Below, piece after piece: positions 10,734 through 20,914 of a stretch of 64,000 nucleotides of DNA (positions within the stretch are counted from its first letter, which is position 1; each line of letters opens with the position of its first letter). Both the position numbers and the translations under genes were made by a program. Source of the stretch: Candidatus Sericytochromatia bacterium (lineage in GTDB: Bacteria; Cyanobacteriota; Sericytochromatia; UBA7694; JACMQJ01); contig JAXLXG010000007.1 of the NCBI GenBank assembly GCA_046328075.1, forward strand, positions 26,968-90,967. Reading direction: 5' to 3'. The notes under the pieces were generated by a model. That model did not search any database. It saw nothing but the letters and a program-made list of their open reading frames with translations, and was not told where the DNA came from.

Positions 10734-11948
10734 TTAATTATTTAAACCTTTTTTTATAACATTAAACAGCTCATTATCTTTTCTAAAAAATTTTATTTTA
10801 TTAGTGTTTATAATTTTATATGGAATTTTTTGTGTTCCCAATTCATAATCATAACCATCCCATTCGTCTTCTCTGAATGAATAAAAAGCCCAATGAAATT
10901 TTTTACTTTCTAAAATATCTATCATATCATTCAAATATTCTTTACAACCTTTATTTTTTCTCATACAACCAAATTCAGAAACAACAACTCTATTTGAATT
11001 TATAGAATTATTGTTTATCCATTTATAAAAAGGATTGAAATAATCATCTATAGTTTTTTTATTCCAAAAAATTTTACTTTCACCAAAAAATATATTTCCA
11101 GGGTAAATATAATTATTAGAATTTTTAAAATTTTCAAATGATGTAAATGAATAAGGTTCATACATATGAAAAGAATATAATATTTTATTATCTTGAAATT
11201 TTTTAGGAAATTCATAGTAAGAAGATGGTTGAGAATAAAAACCTGATTCAATCATAATTGGCGTATTAATATCAACTTCCCTTATTGAATTAATAATTTT
11301 ATTGTAAAACAAAAATAGATCTTTAGTTGTATTATTATATTTATAATACCAATTTTGAAAGCGTTCATAATTACCAATAGTTGTTTGTTCTTCAATGTTT
11401 GTTTTAAATTCTGGGAAAGGTTCATTAATAATATCATAAGCAACAATACAAGAATATTTTCTTAATTCCCTTGCTAAATCTTGCCAATATTTAATTGATT
11501 TTTCATGATATAAAAAGTTATTCCATAATCTTGAATCTATTAAATTATTATTATTTTGCTTCCATCTAGAACCAGGTAAAGATAAAGGAACAATTACTAT
11601 TTTTAATTTATATTTTTCAGCCCAAGATAATACTTTTTTCAGGATTTTTAAATCTTTTTTTACTAAACCTTGATAATTTGATACATTTCCTATAAGAAAA
11701 TCCTTTCCTTCAGATTTCCATTTATCATAAGCTAAACGAACCCACTTTATATTATTTAAAGATGCTTCTTTAAACCATTCTTCTTTTGGTTCTTGATTAA
11801 AATAATTACAACCTCTATTTGTTTTATCCCAAAACAATATTTTATTATTATCAATAATTTGTGTTTTTGAATAGGAAATTGAATTTAAAGAAAAAACAAA
11901 TAAAAATACGTTAATATATAACTTAAATAAATTTATATTTAACTTCAT
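10734..11948 (-). CDS. Glycoside hydrolase family 5 (cellulase-like)
   Basis: Signal peptide; WVRLAY, AYDIINEP (acid/base Glu), YSFHMY, VSEFG (nucleophile), WAFYSF. Confidence 0.88.
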   Translation of the reverse strand: MKLNINLFKLYINVFLFVFSLNSISYSKTQIIDNNKILFWDKTNRGCNYFNQEPKEEWFKEASLNNIKWVRLAYDKWKSEGKDFLIGNVSNYQGLVKKDLKILKKVLSWAEKYKLKIVIVPLSLPGSRWKQNNNNLIDSRLWNNFLYHEKSIKYWQDLARELRKYSCIVAYDIINEPFPEFKTNIEEQTTIGNYERFQNWYYKYNNTTKDLFLFYNKIINSIREVDINTPIMIESGFYSQPSSYYEFPKKFQDNKILYSFHMYEPYSFTSFENFKNSNNYIYPGNIFFGESKIFWNKKTIDDYFNPFYKWINNNSINSNRVVVSEFGCMRKNKGCKEYLNDMIDILESKKFHWAFYSFREDEWDGYDYELGTQKIPYKIINTNKIKFFRKDNELFNVIKKGLNN

Positions 11949-11952
11949 AAAA

Positions 11953-13050
11953 TCATTCGTTACCTAATAACGTTGAAAAATAATCTTTTCTAATTAGATT
12001 CTGAAAATGATATAAACCTAATTCTCTCTTTACAGATAATCTACCTTTATTATAAACATTAGACTCTAAACCTAGTTGTACATTTTCACATATTTCAATA
12101 TCTTGTTTTTGTATAATATCACTGTATTCTAAATCATCATTAATAATTTTCTTCGATAAATCAGATTCTATATCATCATAGTAATAATCAAATATAACTT
12201 TTGTCTTATCAACAGATTCAGGAATAACTAAATTAGTTTGTAATCGATTAGGAAGTATATTTAGCATAAGATTAGGATATATAAAATAATAAAAAGCTTC
12301 TCCATTATCATTAGATGTATAAATATTTTCACCAGATTTAAAAGGGCTGTATTGCAATGAATAATATTTATAAGCTTCTGTAATATAATTTTTATAATCT
12401 AATAAATCATTTAATTCTGGATGAACTTGTATTAAATGATAACCTTCCAAATAATTATCAACATAAACTTTCCAATTACAATTTATATTATAAACAATCC
12501 TTTTATAAAATTTTTTTGTACTTAAATTTATAGGAGATATTCTTTCTTTTATTCCTTTTATATATTCAGATAAAGGTTCAGATTCATTAGATAAATTAAT
12601 AAAAATAAGGTTTTCCCAAATATCAATATTTATAAGTTTTAATCCAAAATTATTTTTATCAAAATTTTCAACACCTTCAAATTCTGGTAATCCTATCAGT
12701 TTTCCTTGATGATTATAAGTCCAACCATGATATTTACACTTTAAAACATTACAATTTCCATTCTTTAATGCTATAGGCCCAGCTCTATGAGAACATACGT
12801 TATAAAAAGCTCTTATTTTTTCATCTTCTCCTCTAGAAATTATTATAGGGTTATTTGAAACTTGACTTATATAATAATCACCTTTATTTTTTATTTCATT
12901 AACCGAACAAACATATTGCCATGTCTTAGAAATGATATTCTTTTGTTCAAAATTATAAAAATCTATATCTCTATAAATAATTGATGGTAATGTTTCTGAA
13001 ACATTGAAGTCTTTTATTTTAAAATCTTGTATATTTAGCTTTTTTATCAT
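11953..13050 (-). CDS. Rieske aromatic ring-hydroxylating oxygenase alpha subunit (choline monooxygenase-like)
   Basis: Rieske motif CSHRA...CKYHGW; NWKVYVDNYLEGYHLIQVH; QDIEICENVQLG. Confidence 0.9.
   Translation of the reverse strand: MIKKLNIQDFKIKDFNVSETLPSIIYRDIDFYNFEQKNIISKTWQYVCSVNEIKNKGDYYISQVSNNPIIISRGEDEKIRAFYNVCSHRAGPIALKNGNCNVLKCKYHGWTYNHQGKLIGLPEFEGVENFDKNNFGLKLINIDIWENLIFINLSNESEPLSEYIKGIKERISPINLSTKKFYKRIVYNINCNWKVYVDNYLEGYHLIQVHPELNDLLDYKNYITEAYKYYSLQYSPFKSGENIYTSNDNGEAFYYFIYPNLMLNILPNRLQTNLVIPESVDKTKVIFDYYYDDIESDLSKKIINDDLEYSDIIQKQDIEICENVQLGLESNVYNKGRLSVKRELGLYHFQNLIRKDYFSTLLGNE
11957..11972. repeat. Solo box E10 (GTTACCTAATAAC)
   Basis: TCGTTACCTAATAACG overlaps the last codons (TLLGNE*) of the Rieske ORF, just upstream of the GH5 start. 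Confidence 0.65.
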
Positions 13051-13066
13051 AATTCAAATAACTAAA

Positions 13067-13128
13067 CGTAACAGGAAACGAATGTTATTAGTATCGAAGA
13101 ATATATTCCATAATAGTTAACTGTAACG
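13067..13128. repeat. Paired-box element E5
   Basis: GTAACAGGAAAC (13068-13079), 36-nt spacer, GTTAACTGTAAC (13116-13127). Confidence 0.78.
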
Positions 13129-13259
13129 TTTTAAATAAATGTTTCCGCGCGGAAACTAGCTTTTTCTTCTTAAAAACTTATATTATTACTATTAATAAAC
13201 AAGTTATAAATTAATTATACATTTAATTAATATAAAACAAAAGAAATTTTTTTATTAAA

Positions 13260-16200
13260 TTATTGAATAAAATTTTCCATAACACTTTTAAATAAATTTT
13301 CTTTTTTCTTTAACTCTCTTATTTTTGATAACGAAATTATTTTATTTTCATCTCTAAACATAATATTATCATCACTTTTAAATGTAGAATCATAATAATG
13401 ATCTGGAGTATATATAAACATTTCATTATTTTCCCCTAAAATAAAACTCAGTAACTTTTTATTTGTTTTTAAATCATAAAAAACTATTATATTATTAGAC
13501 TCCAAATTAATTTTTAAATTTTTATCATTAATAAATATACTACTATTAGATAAAGAATCTAGTTTATGAGAAGATATATCTTTATACATATAATTTGATA
13601 TTATAGAATTAACCATTTCATTATTTTCTATTTCTATCTTGTATATTTTATTGTCTATATAGATAGAATTATTACTAACAAAATAAATGTTTTTTTCATT
13701 ATCATCTAAATAAAATTCTTTAAAAATCTTATTTTTTTTAAGATCATATACAAATACCTTTTTTGAAAATGTATCACCCATTTTCCATCCATCAACCCAT
13801 TTAGTTGTAAAAACTAATTTAGTTTCATCAAAATTTATATCAATAGAATAAAATGATGAATCATATAAATAATCATAATTTAAACTTTCTGTCACCATTT
13901 TAGTTTCTATATGATTTTTTAATTTAAAGTTTGAAAAATCATATAATTCTATAAAACCTATTTCTGAGCCATGATCAATATCAGTAAAAGGTGTTCCAGA
14001 AAAAATGATGGTATTTTTTTTAACACCCCATTGATTTACTTTATAATTTAAACGTAAAACTTCTTTAGGATTTAACAAATTATCTAAGGAATAGATATAT
14101 GATTTATTATTTTTTTCTTGAATATAAATAAAATTATCATTAAATTTACAAATATTAGAAAAATTTCCTTTTATTGAATTTAAAATTTTCCCAGTCTTTA
14201 AATCTATTAAAAATATACCTTTTGAATTATGAAGATATATAGAATTTTTGTCATGAGAAAGAGTAATACTATATGGTAACCCAAATTCTGAATTAATAGT
14301 ATTCTTATGTTTTAAATCTGTTGCATTTAATACATTAAAAGATTCTTTATTTTTAACTTCTATAACTTCTTTACCTGATTTTGAAAAATTATAATCAAAC
14401 ATATTTGTAGAAGTATCTCTTTGACTAACAATCTTTCTATTTTTTATATCTATCAATGCTGTTATATTATTTTCTCCACCCCCCCAATCATTTACGATTA
14501 CTTTATCTTCAGTAGGATGTGAAGATATTTCTGAAACAAGTGATGGTATTTTCATATTTTTATATGACCAATTTTTTAAATCCCATATATGTAATACTCT
14601 ATTATTATCAGCACATATAAGAAAATTTCCATTTTCTGTTTGCCCTAAAGAATGAGGCCAATCAACATTATCAAATACCTTAACTAAATTAAGTGTTTTG
14701 GAATCAAAAATTTTTAACTTTCCTTGGTTAAACTTTTCAATTCCAACTATATATTTACCATCTTTTGTCCATAACATCTGACCTCTTGAATCAAAATTTT
14801 GTTTAAAATTCGTTTGTATTTTCTTTTTTTTAGAAAGGTTATATTTGCAAAGATTACCATTTACAAGTTTAAAAACAATTTCTGAACTATCAGGACTCCA
14901 AGCAATATTTTTAACATCTTCATCAAAAAATATAAGATTTTCAAGATTATCTTTTTCTAAATCAATTAAAGCTACAGTTTTTAAACTTGAAAAAGATCCA
15001 AGATTTGTTATTATAAATTTTCCATTAGGAGATATTTCACGTAATGAATCATAATAAAGCCCATCAGGTAAATTATAATTTTTTAATTGAAATAAATCTT
15101 TCATTTCAGTAAATTGCATAGGCTGATAACCACTAACAAAAAAGTTTTTATCTGGTGAAATATTAATAAACTCATTATTTAAATTTCTTTTGAAGACAAA
15201 AGGTTCTTTTGAGATTAAATTTTTAAAATTGTTTTTATATTTTAATAATAAATTAATTCTATTATTCTCATACTCAAAATAATCCTCACTTAAATATATT
15301 TTATTAGAATAATCTTGTTTTTCTAAATTCTTTAAGTAAAATATTGATTTTTCAAAATTTCCAGAATCTAAACTATATTTGTACAAATATTGGTATATTT
15401 CTGATTTATTAAATAAATTATCATTTAAAAGTTCTAATAAAAACTTTTCAGCTTTATTATAATCACTAAAATATTATTTGTATAATCATTAATATTTTTC
15501 CATCTATCTTTATTTGTTAAGGAATTTTTTATTGACAAAAGATAATACTTTTCTGAGTCTAAATTTTTATTATTTGAAATTTTAGCAATATAAGACAAAA
15601 AGTCTTGCCTATCAAAAAATATTTTTAAAGAAATTTCTAATAATTTAGAAGCATCTTCTTTTTTATTTAATAAATTAAGTAATTCATACATTTTTAAAGC
15701 AACATCAGTTGTAGGTAAAATATCAAAAGCTTTTTTATAATAATTATATGAACTTTCAAATTTATCAAATTCTTTAAATTTATCAGCTATTAATTGATAA
15801 GAGTTAAGCATAAATATTTTACTATCTAACGTTTTATTTTTATTTACAGATTTATATTTAAGATATTCAATCAAGAGATTTAAATTTTTTAATTTTTTAT
15901 TAGAAAATTTTTCATTAAAATCTTTATTTGTTGTTAAATTAATAAATTCACGCCAAAGTTCAAAATTTTCTCTTCCTTCTTTCTTATTAAGAGCATTAAT
16001 AAAATATTGTTCTGCTAAATCTATTTGACCTGTATTTTTTAATTCCAAACCATTTATATAATCAAAAATATATAAATTAGCTCCTAATTTTTTGCTACAT
16101 TTTTCTAAAAATTCATTAGCATAATCTTGATTATTAAGATTATATTTATAAAAATAATATCCCATACCAATTAAAGAATAATTATTATGTGAAGGATTTA

Positions 16201-16638
16201 AGTTTAAAGCTTTATCAAGTTTTTTTATTATTTCTTTTGAATTTTCTTTAGGATTATATGTTTTTAAATAGTTATATAAAGAAGGGATAAAAAAAGGGTA
16301 TTTTTTCATACAATCTTCATAGTATTCATCTCTAAGAATTGGTTTATTATCATAATCTGCTAACCAACCTTTAGAAAAAATACCCTCTGGAGAATTTGGG
16401 TATTTTTTTGAAAGATAATAACGAATATAAATTTTTTCATAAATACTTTCAATATTAAGGCTTAATTTAAGTAAATCTTCTTTTTTATACTTTTCATAAC
16501 TATTAAATGATAATTGTTTTATATTAGAAATATCATTTTTTTATTATATAAAACATTCAATTCTTTAGAATAACTATATTGAACATATAAAACACTTAAT
16601 AATATAAACCGATATTATAATAAGAAATTTTTCTTCAT
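13260..16638 (-). pseudogene. Large exported TPR + WD40/beta-propeller protein, frameshifted
   Basis: ORFs 15434..16309 (TPR-like) and 13260..15386 (WD40-like, IAWSPDSSEI, LHIWDLKNW) join across a shift near 15470; frame extends upstream to ATG 16638 with further shifts. Confidence 0.7.
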
Positions 16639-16784
16639 ATAGAACCTTTATTTAAATTATAATTAGTTTGATAATTGGATAGAAAATAGTTAATAGTAAT
16701 ACTTTTTTTGTTTGCATATGATTAAAATATAAAATATGATTTTGGAAATTTTATTATTTTATAAGTTTAATGTCAAATAATTTA

Positions 16785-16847
16785 AGTTACAGTTAACGAA
16801 AAAAAAATAATCAAATATATATTTATAATTTATCGTTACCAATAACG
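16785..16847. repeat. Paired-box element E6
   Basis: GTTACAGTTAAC (16786-16797), 37-nt spacer, GTTACCAATAAC (16835-16846), 16 bp past the AraC stop. Confidence 0.82.
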
Positions 16848-16863
16848 TTTAAATAATTATAAT

Positions 16864-17775
16864 TTAATTATTATGCCTAAATTCATTAGGAGTCATACCA
16901 GTTTTTAACTTAAAAAGTTTTGAAAAATATTGAGGATACTCAAAACCTAATGAAAAAGATAAATCATTAATAGAATTATTCGTACTTAATAATAAATTTT
17001 TAGCTTCTTCAATCAGATAATAATGAATTAAATCTTGAGCATTTTTTCCTGTCTCTTTTTTTAATAAATCACTTAAATAATTAGGAGATAAAAATACTTT
17101 TTCTGCAAGAAATTTAACTGTAGGTAAACCATTTGATATTAAATTATCAGATTTAAAATATTCAAGTAAAATATTCTCAATCTTTTCTAAAATATCACTA
17201 TTTATATTTTTTCTAGTAATAAACTGTCTATCATAATATCTAGAACAATAATTAAGTAATAATTCTAAATTTGATACAATTAATGTTTGGCTATGTTTAT
17301 CAATATTTTCTTGTAATTCAATTTGAATTTTTTTTACAATATCATTTAAAATCTGTTTTTCTTTTTCTGATAAATGTAATGACTCATTAACTTCATAAGA
17401 AAAAAAGGTATAATTTTTTATATTCTTACCTAAAGAAGTACCTCTAATTAAATCAGGATGAAAAAATATTCCCCAACCAATTGAATTATCTTTTTTTTCT
17501 ATTGGTTCATCTAAAGTAATGACTTGTTTCGGGGCTATACAAAATAAACTTCCTTCTTGAAAATCATAGTTTTGTCTTCCATACTTCATTTTATTTAAAC
17601 AATAATTTTTAAACATAATAGAATAAAATCCAACATTTATTTTTATATCATTCTCAAAACTATGCTCAAATTTAGTAAAATCAATTATAGTTATAAGAGG
17701 ATGTTTAACATGATTTTGATTAGGAAGAGCTTTATGTAAATCACTTATTGTATCTAAATTTATAATTTCATTCAT
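16864..17775 (-). CDS. AraC-family transcriptional regulator
   Basis: C-terminal double HTH (PTVKFLAEKVFLSPNYLSDLLKKETG...LGFEYPQYFSKLFKLKTGMTPNEFR). Confidence 0.93.
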   Translation of the reverse strand: MNEIINLDTISDLHKALPNQNHVKHPLITIIDFTKFEHSFENDIKINVGFYSIMFKNYCLNKMKYGRQNYDFQEGSLFCIAPKQVITLDEPIEKKDNSIGWGIFFHPDLIRGTSLGKNIKNYTFFSYEVNESLHLSEKEKQILNDIVKKIQIELQENIDKHSQTLIVSNLELLLNYCSRYYDRQFITRKNINSDILEKIENILLEYFKSDNLISNGLPTVKFLAEKVFLSPNYLSDLLKKETGKNAQDLIHYYLIEEAKNLLLSTNNSINDLSFSLGFEYPQYFSKLFKLKTGMTPNEFRHNN

Positions 17776-17784
17776 AAAATTTAC

Positions 17785-18597
17785 CTATACTTGACTCATA
17801 ACAACTTTATCAAAAATTTTATCACCAAAAAAGACTCTCATAAATACCATTGGTTTAGCCCATTTTCCAACTAAATATCTAGTTTTTGGACTATTAGAGT
17901 TTATAATATTTAAAACTGTATCAGCTATTAATGAAGGTTTAGAACCTCCACCTTCATCCATTTTTTTTGTAGCTATAGTTAATTTTCTTACTATTTCAGA
18001 ATATGGCCCATTACCTGAAAATTTAGAAATATTATCTAATAATACAGAACCAAATTCAGTTGCTATAATACCAGGTTCTAAAACAACTACATTAATATTA
18101 AATTGTTTAAGTTCGAGCCTTAAACAATCACTCCAACCTTCTAATGCGTGTTTTGTTGCATGATACCAAGCTCCCATAGGAGTATACATTTTTCCACCCA
18201 TTGATGATGTATTTATGATAGTTCCACTTTTTGCTTTTCTCATAAATGGTATTACTTTTTGAGTTAATAGGGCTAAACCAAAAATATTTACTTCAAATTG
18301 TTTTCTTGCTTCACTTATTGGTATTTCCTCAACAGAACCATATAAACCATAACCTGCATTATTCCAAAGAACATCAATTTTTCCTTCTTTTTTAATTATA
18401 GTATCTAAAACATTTTGAACATCTTCCTCATTTGTAATATCCATTTTTATAGGATATGCTCCTAAATTTTTTAGTTCATCCATTAACTCAATTCTTCTTG
18501 CTACTGTATAAACTATATTCCCTTCTTTTATAAGTTTTTTAGCAGTTTCTTTACCAATTCCAGAACTAGCACCAGTTATTAATATTACTTTTTTCAT
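17785..18597 (-). CDS. Short-chain dehydrogenase/reductase
   Basis: TGASSGIG, NNAG, YHATK (YxxxK). Confidence 0.93.
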   Translation of the reverse strand: MKKVILITGASSGIGKETAKKLIKEGNIVYTVARRIELMDELKNLGAYPIKMDITNEEDVQNVLDTIIKKEGKIDVLWNNAGYGLYGSVEEIPISEARKQFEVNIFGLALLTQKVIPFMRKAKSGTIINTSSMGGKMYTPMGAWYHATKHALEGWSDCLRLELKQFNINVVVLEPGIIATEFGSVLLDNISKFSGNGPYSEIVRKLTIATKKMDEGGGSKPSLIADTVLNIINSNSPKTRYLVGKWAKPMVFMRVFFGDKIFDKVVMSQV

Positions 18598-18777
18598 TAA
18601 TTTATTTATCCTTTTATATCATTTATATTAATTACAAGTTTAAAACAATTTTAATTTATGTATATAAAACAAATTAACTATTTTTTTATACTTTTTACGT
18701 TTTATAAAAAATAAATCCATAACAAACTTTGTTATTTAAAACTCAATCCCAAAAACTTGTGGAAAACCAAGGATATT

Positions 18778-18820
18778 TTTTGATTCTAAAATTTTTTTAT
18801 GAAAAATTTTAGAATCAAAA
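18778..18820. repeat. Perfect 19-bp AT-rich inverted repeat
   Basis: TTTTGATTCTAAAATTTTT-TTATG-AAAAATTTTAGAATCAAAA upstream of the SDR gene. Confidence 0.7.
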
Positions 18821-18949
18821 TACTATTGATAATTAAAAAAATTAGATATACTTTTAGAATCATTTATAGGAGTATTATTTATAACTTAATTCTGAGATAA
18901 AAATATTAAAATTTTTTAATATTTTATTAATTTAATATAAAATATATGA

Positions 18950-19011
18950 ATTACAGGTAACGATAAATAAAAAAAACTATAACAAAAAAGATAATTCGTT
19001 ATTGTATAACG
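18950..19011. repeat. Paired-box element E7
   Basis: ATTACAGGTAAC (18950-18961), 36-nt spacer, GTTATTGTATAAC (18998-19010). Confidence 0.78.
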
Positions 19012-19045
19012 GTAAAGTTCATAAAAGAAAGTAATAAAAATATAA

Positions 19046-19735
19046 ATGGATAAAATAAAGAATAATTTTAAAGAAGTTATTAATAATCTTGAATCTATAA
19101 AATTATTAGATATTTGCACTGGTTCTGGAGAATTTTTAAAACTATTTATTAATGAAATCAAAGATATAAAAAGTATAGACGCTATTGATATTATTTCAAA
19201 AAATATTGATATACCTGATTTAAATATAAACTTTCAAATAATGAATAGTGATAATCTTAAATTTAAAGATAATAGTTTTGATATAGTTACCTTATCAAAC
19301 TCTTTACATCATATAGAAAAATTAGACAAATCATTATTAGAAATAAAAAGAGTTTTAAAAAATGATGGATTTTTTATTATAAATGAGATGTATTCTAATA
19401 ATTTAAACCCAGCACAAACAACACATAAATTACTACATCATTTCTCTGCTGATATAGATAAATATAATAATATATTCCATAGATATACTTATCAAAAAGA
19501 GGAACTAATAGAATTAATAAGTAAATATTTTAAAATATCTAGTATTGATGAATATATTACTGAATCTAAGTTAGAATTAAATGAATTAAAAAATATTATT
19601 AAACTATTAATAAGTAAAGTAGATAATGATAAATTAGACTATTTTAATAATAAATCAAATGAAATAATAAATAATTTTTTAAGCTATGGGTTTTGTAATG
19701 CAACTCAATTATTTATTATTTGTAAAAAGCATTAA
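19046..19735 (+). CDS. Class I SAM-dependent methyltransferase
   Basis: LLDICTGSG motif I; LKFKDNSFDIVTLSNSLHHI; EIKRVLKNDG. Confidence 0.9.
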   Translation: MDKIKNNFKEVINNLESIKLLDICTGSGEFLKLFINEIKDIKSIDAIDIISKNIDIPDLNINFQIMNSDNLKFKDNSFDIVTLSNSLHHIEKLDKSLLEIKRVLKNDGFFIINEMYSNNLNPAQTTHKLLHHFSADIDKYNNIFHRYTYQKEELIELISKYFKISSIDEYITESKLELNELKNIIKLLISKVDNDKLDYFNNKSNEIINNFLSYGFCNATQLFIICKKH

Positions 19736-19781
19736 TCGTTATACTTTAACGCTAAAAGCGAAAACAAGTTAACTATAACGA
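19736..19781. repeat. Paired-box element E8 (short form)
   Basis: TCGTTATACTTTAAC, 17-nt spacer, GTTAACTATAACGA; begins immediately after the methyltransferase stop codon. Confidence 0.8.
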
Positions 19782-20914
19782 TTAAAGTTTTTTATTAGTA
19801 ATAATCGAGGTATTACCATATTTAAGAGCAAAGCAGAGCTTAGGGGAATTAAACCTAAAAATAGCTCTACTTTCTAATCTTTGGATAAGCCAAAGAATTT
19901 AGGTTATATTTACACCAGAGTTAATATGATTCCATTATATAGACTTTATTTTTATTCAATCATTTATTTAAAATATTACATGAATTAATAGAGCCTAACT
20001 TACAAGCTAATTTCAACTCCAAGTTATAATTTTTAATATTATTAGATTCCTTATAGAAATAAGCTAATTGTAAATGATAGTTAGACTCATAAGGATTAAT
20101 TCTTATAGACTCCTCAAGACCAGCAATAGAATCATTAATCTTCCCTTGATTTTTTAAGTGCATTGCTAAATCATAAAATTCTTTATGATTATAAGGACTA
20201 TATTGAAGAATCTTTTTATACTCTTTTAGTTTATTAATTCTAATTAATTCTTTAAGTTGTAAATTAGACTTTATTTTATAAATTCTAGATAAATTATTAT
20301 AAATTTTAGGATTATCATTTATTTTTAAGTAATTAGTATATATTTTTTCAGCATTATCAAAATCTAAAATTTTCATATAGGCATTAGCCAAATTACTAAT
20401 TGTATTAATATCTCTAGTATTTTTTAAATAAGCAACTTTAAAAGGATAAATATAAATATTATTTTTTTGTTGTTTTATCTTTTCATTATATAAATCTTCT
20501 AAACTAAAGATTGCTTGATTATAACTTGAATCAACTTTTAAAGCATTGTTTAATTGCAAAATAGCATCATCAAATTTACCTTCCAATCTATAAGCATTAG
20601 AAAGATTATAGTAAGAATCAGCAGAACTAGGCAAATAATAAGTTTGATATTTTAAATCATATATTTTTTCATAAAATAAGAATTCTCTTTCTTTATCAAA
20701 ATCACCTAATTTTTGATATATGTTAGCAACTTTTTTATAAGTTTCTTTGGAAAAATTTTTAGTATTTATAAGGACATTATAATGAAATAAAGATTTTTTA
20801 AAGTCTTTATCATAATAATAATCTGCAAGTTTAGAATTTATAAGAGTATTATTAATATCAATAGCAATAATTTTATTCAAATATTTTAACTTTTCTAACT
20901 CATTTTTATTTATT

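Noticed and set aside
18916-19161. 81-aa minus-strand ORF spanning E7
   Set aside because: Overlaps the methyltransferase antisense and runs through the repeat element; no RBS or domain
19800-19940. Slightly GC-richer stretch after E8 with a weak hairpin (AGAGCT..AGCTCT) and short open frames
   Set aside because: Too short to assign as a gene remnant or RNA; no recognisable family
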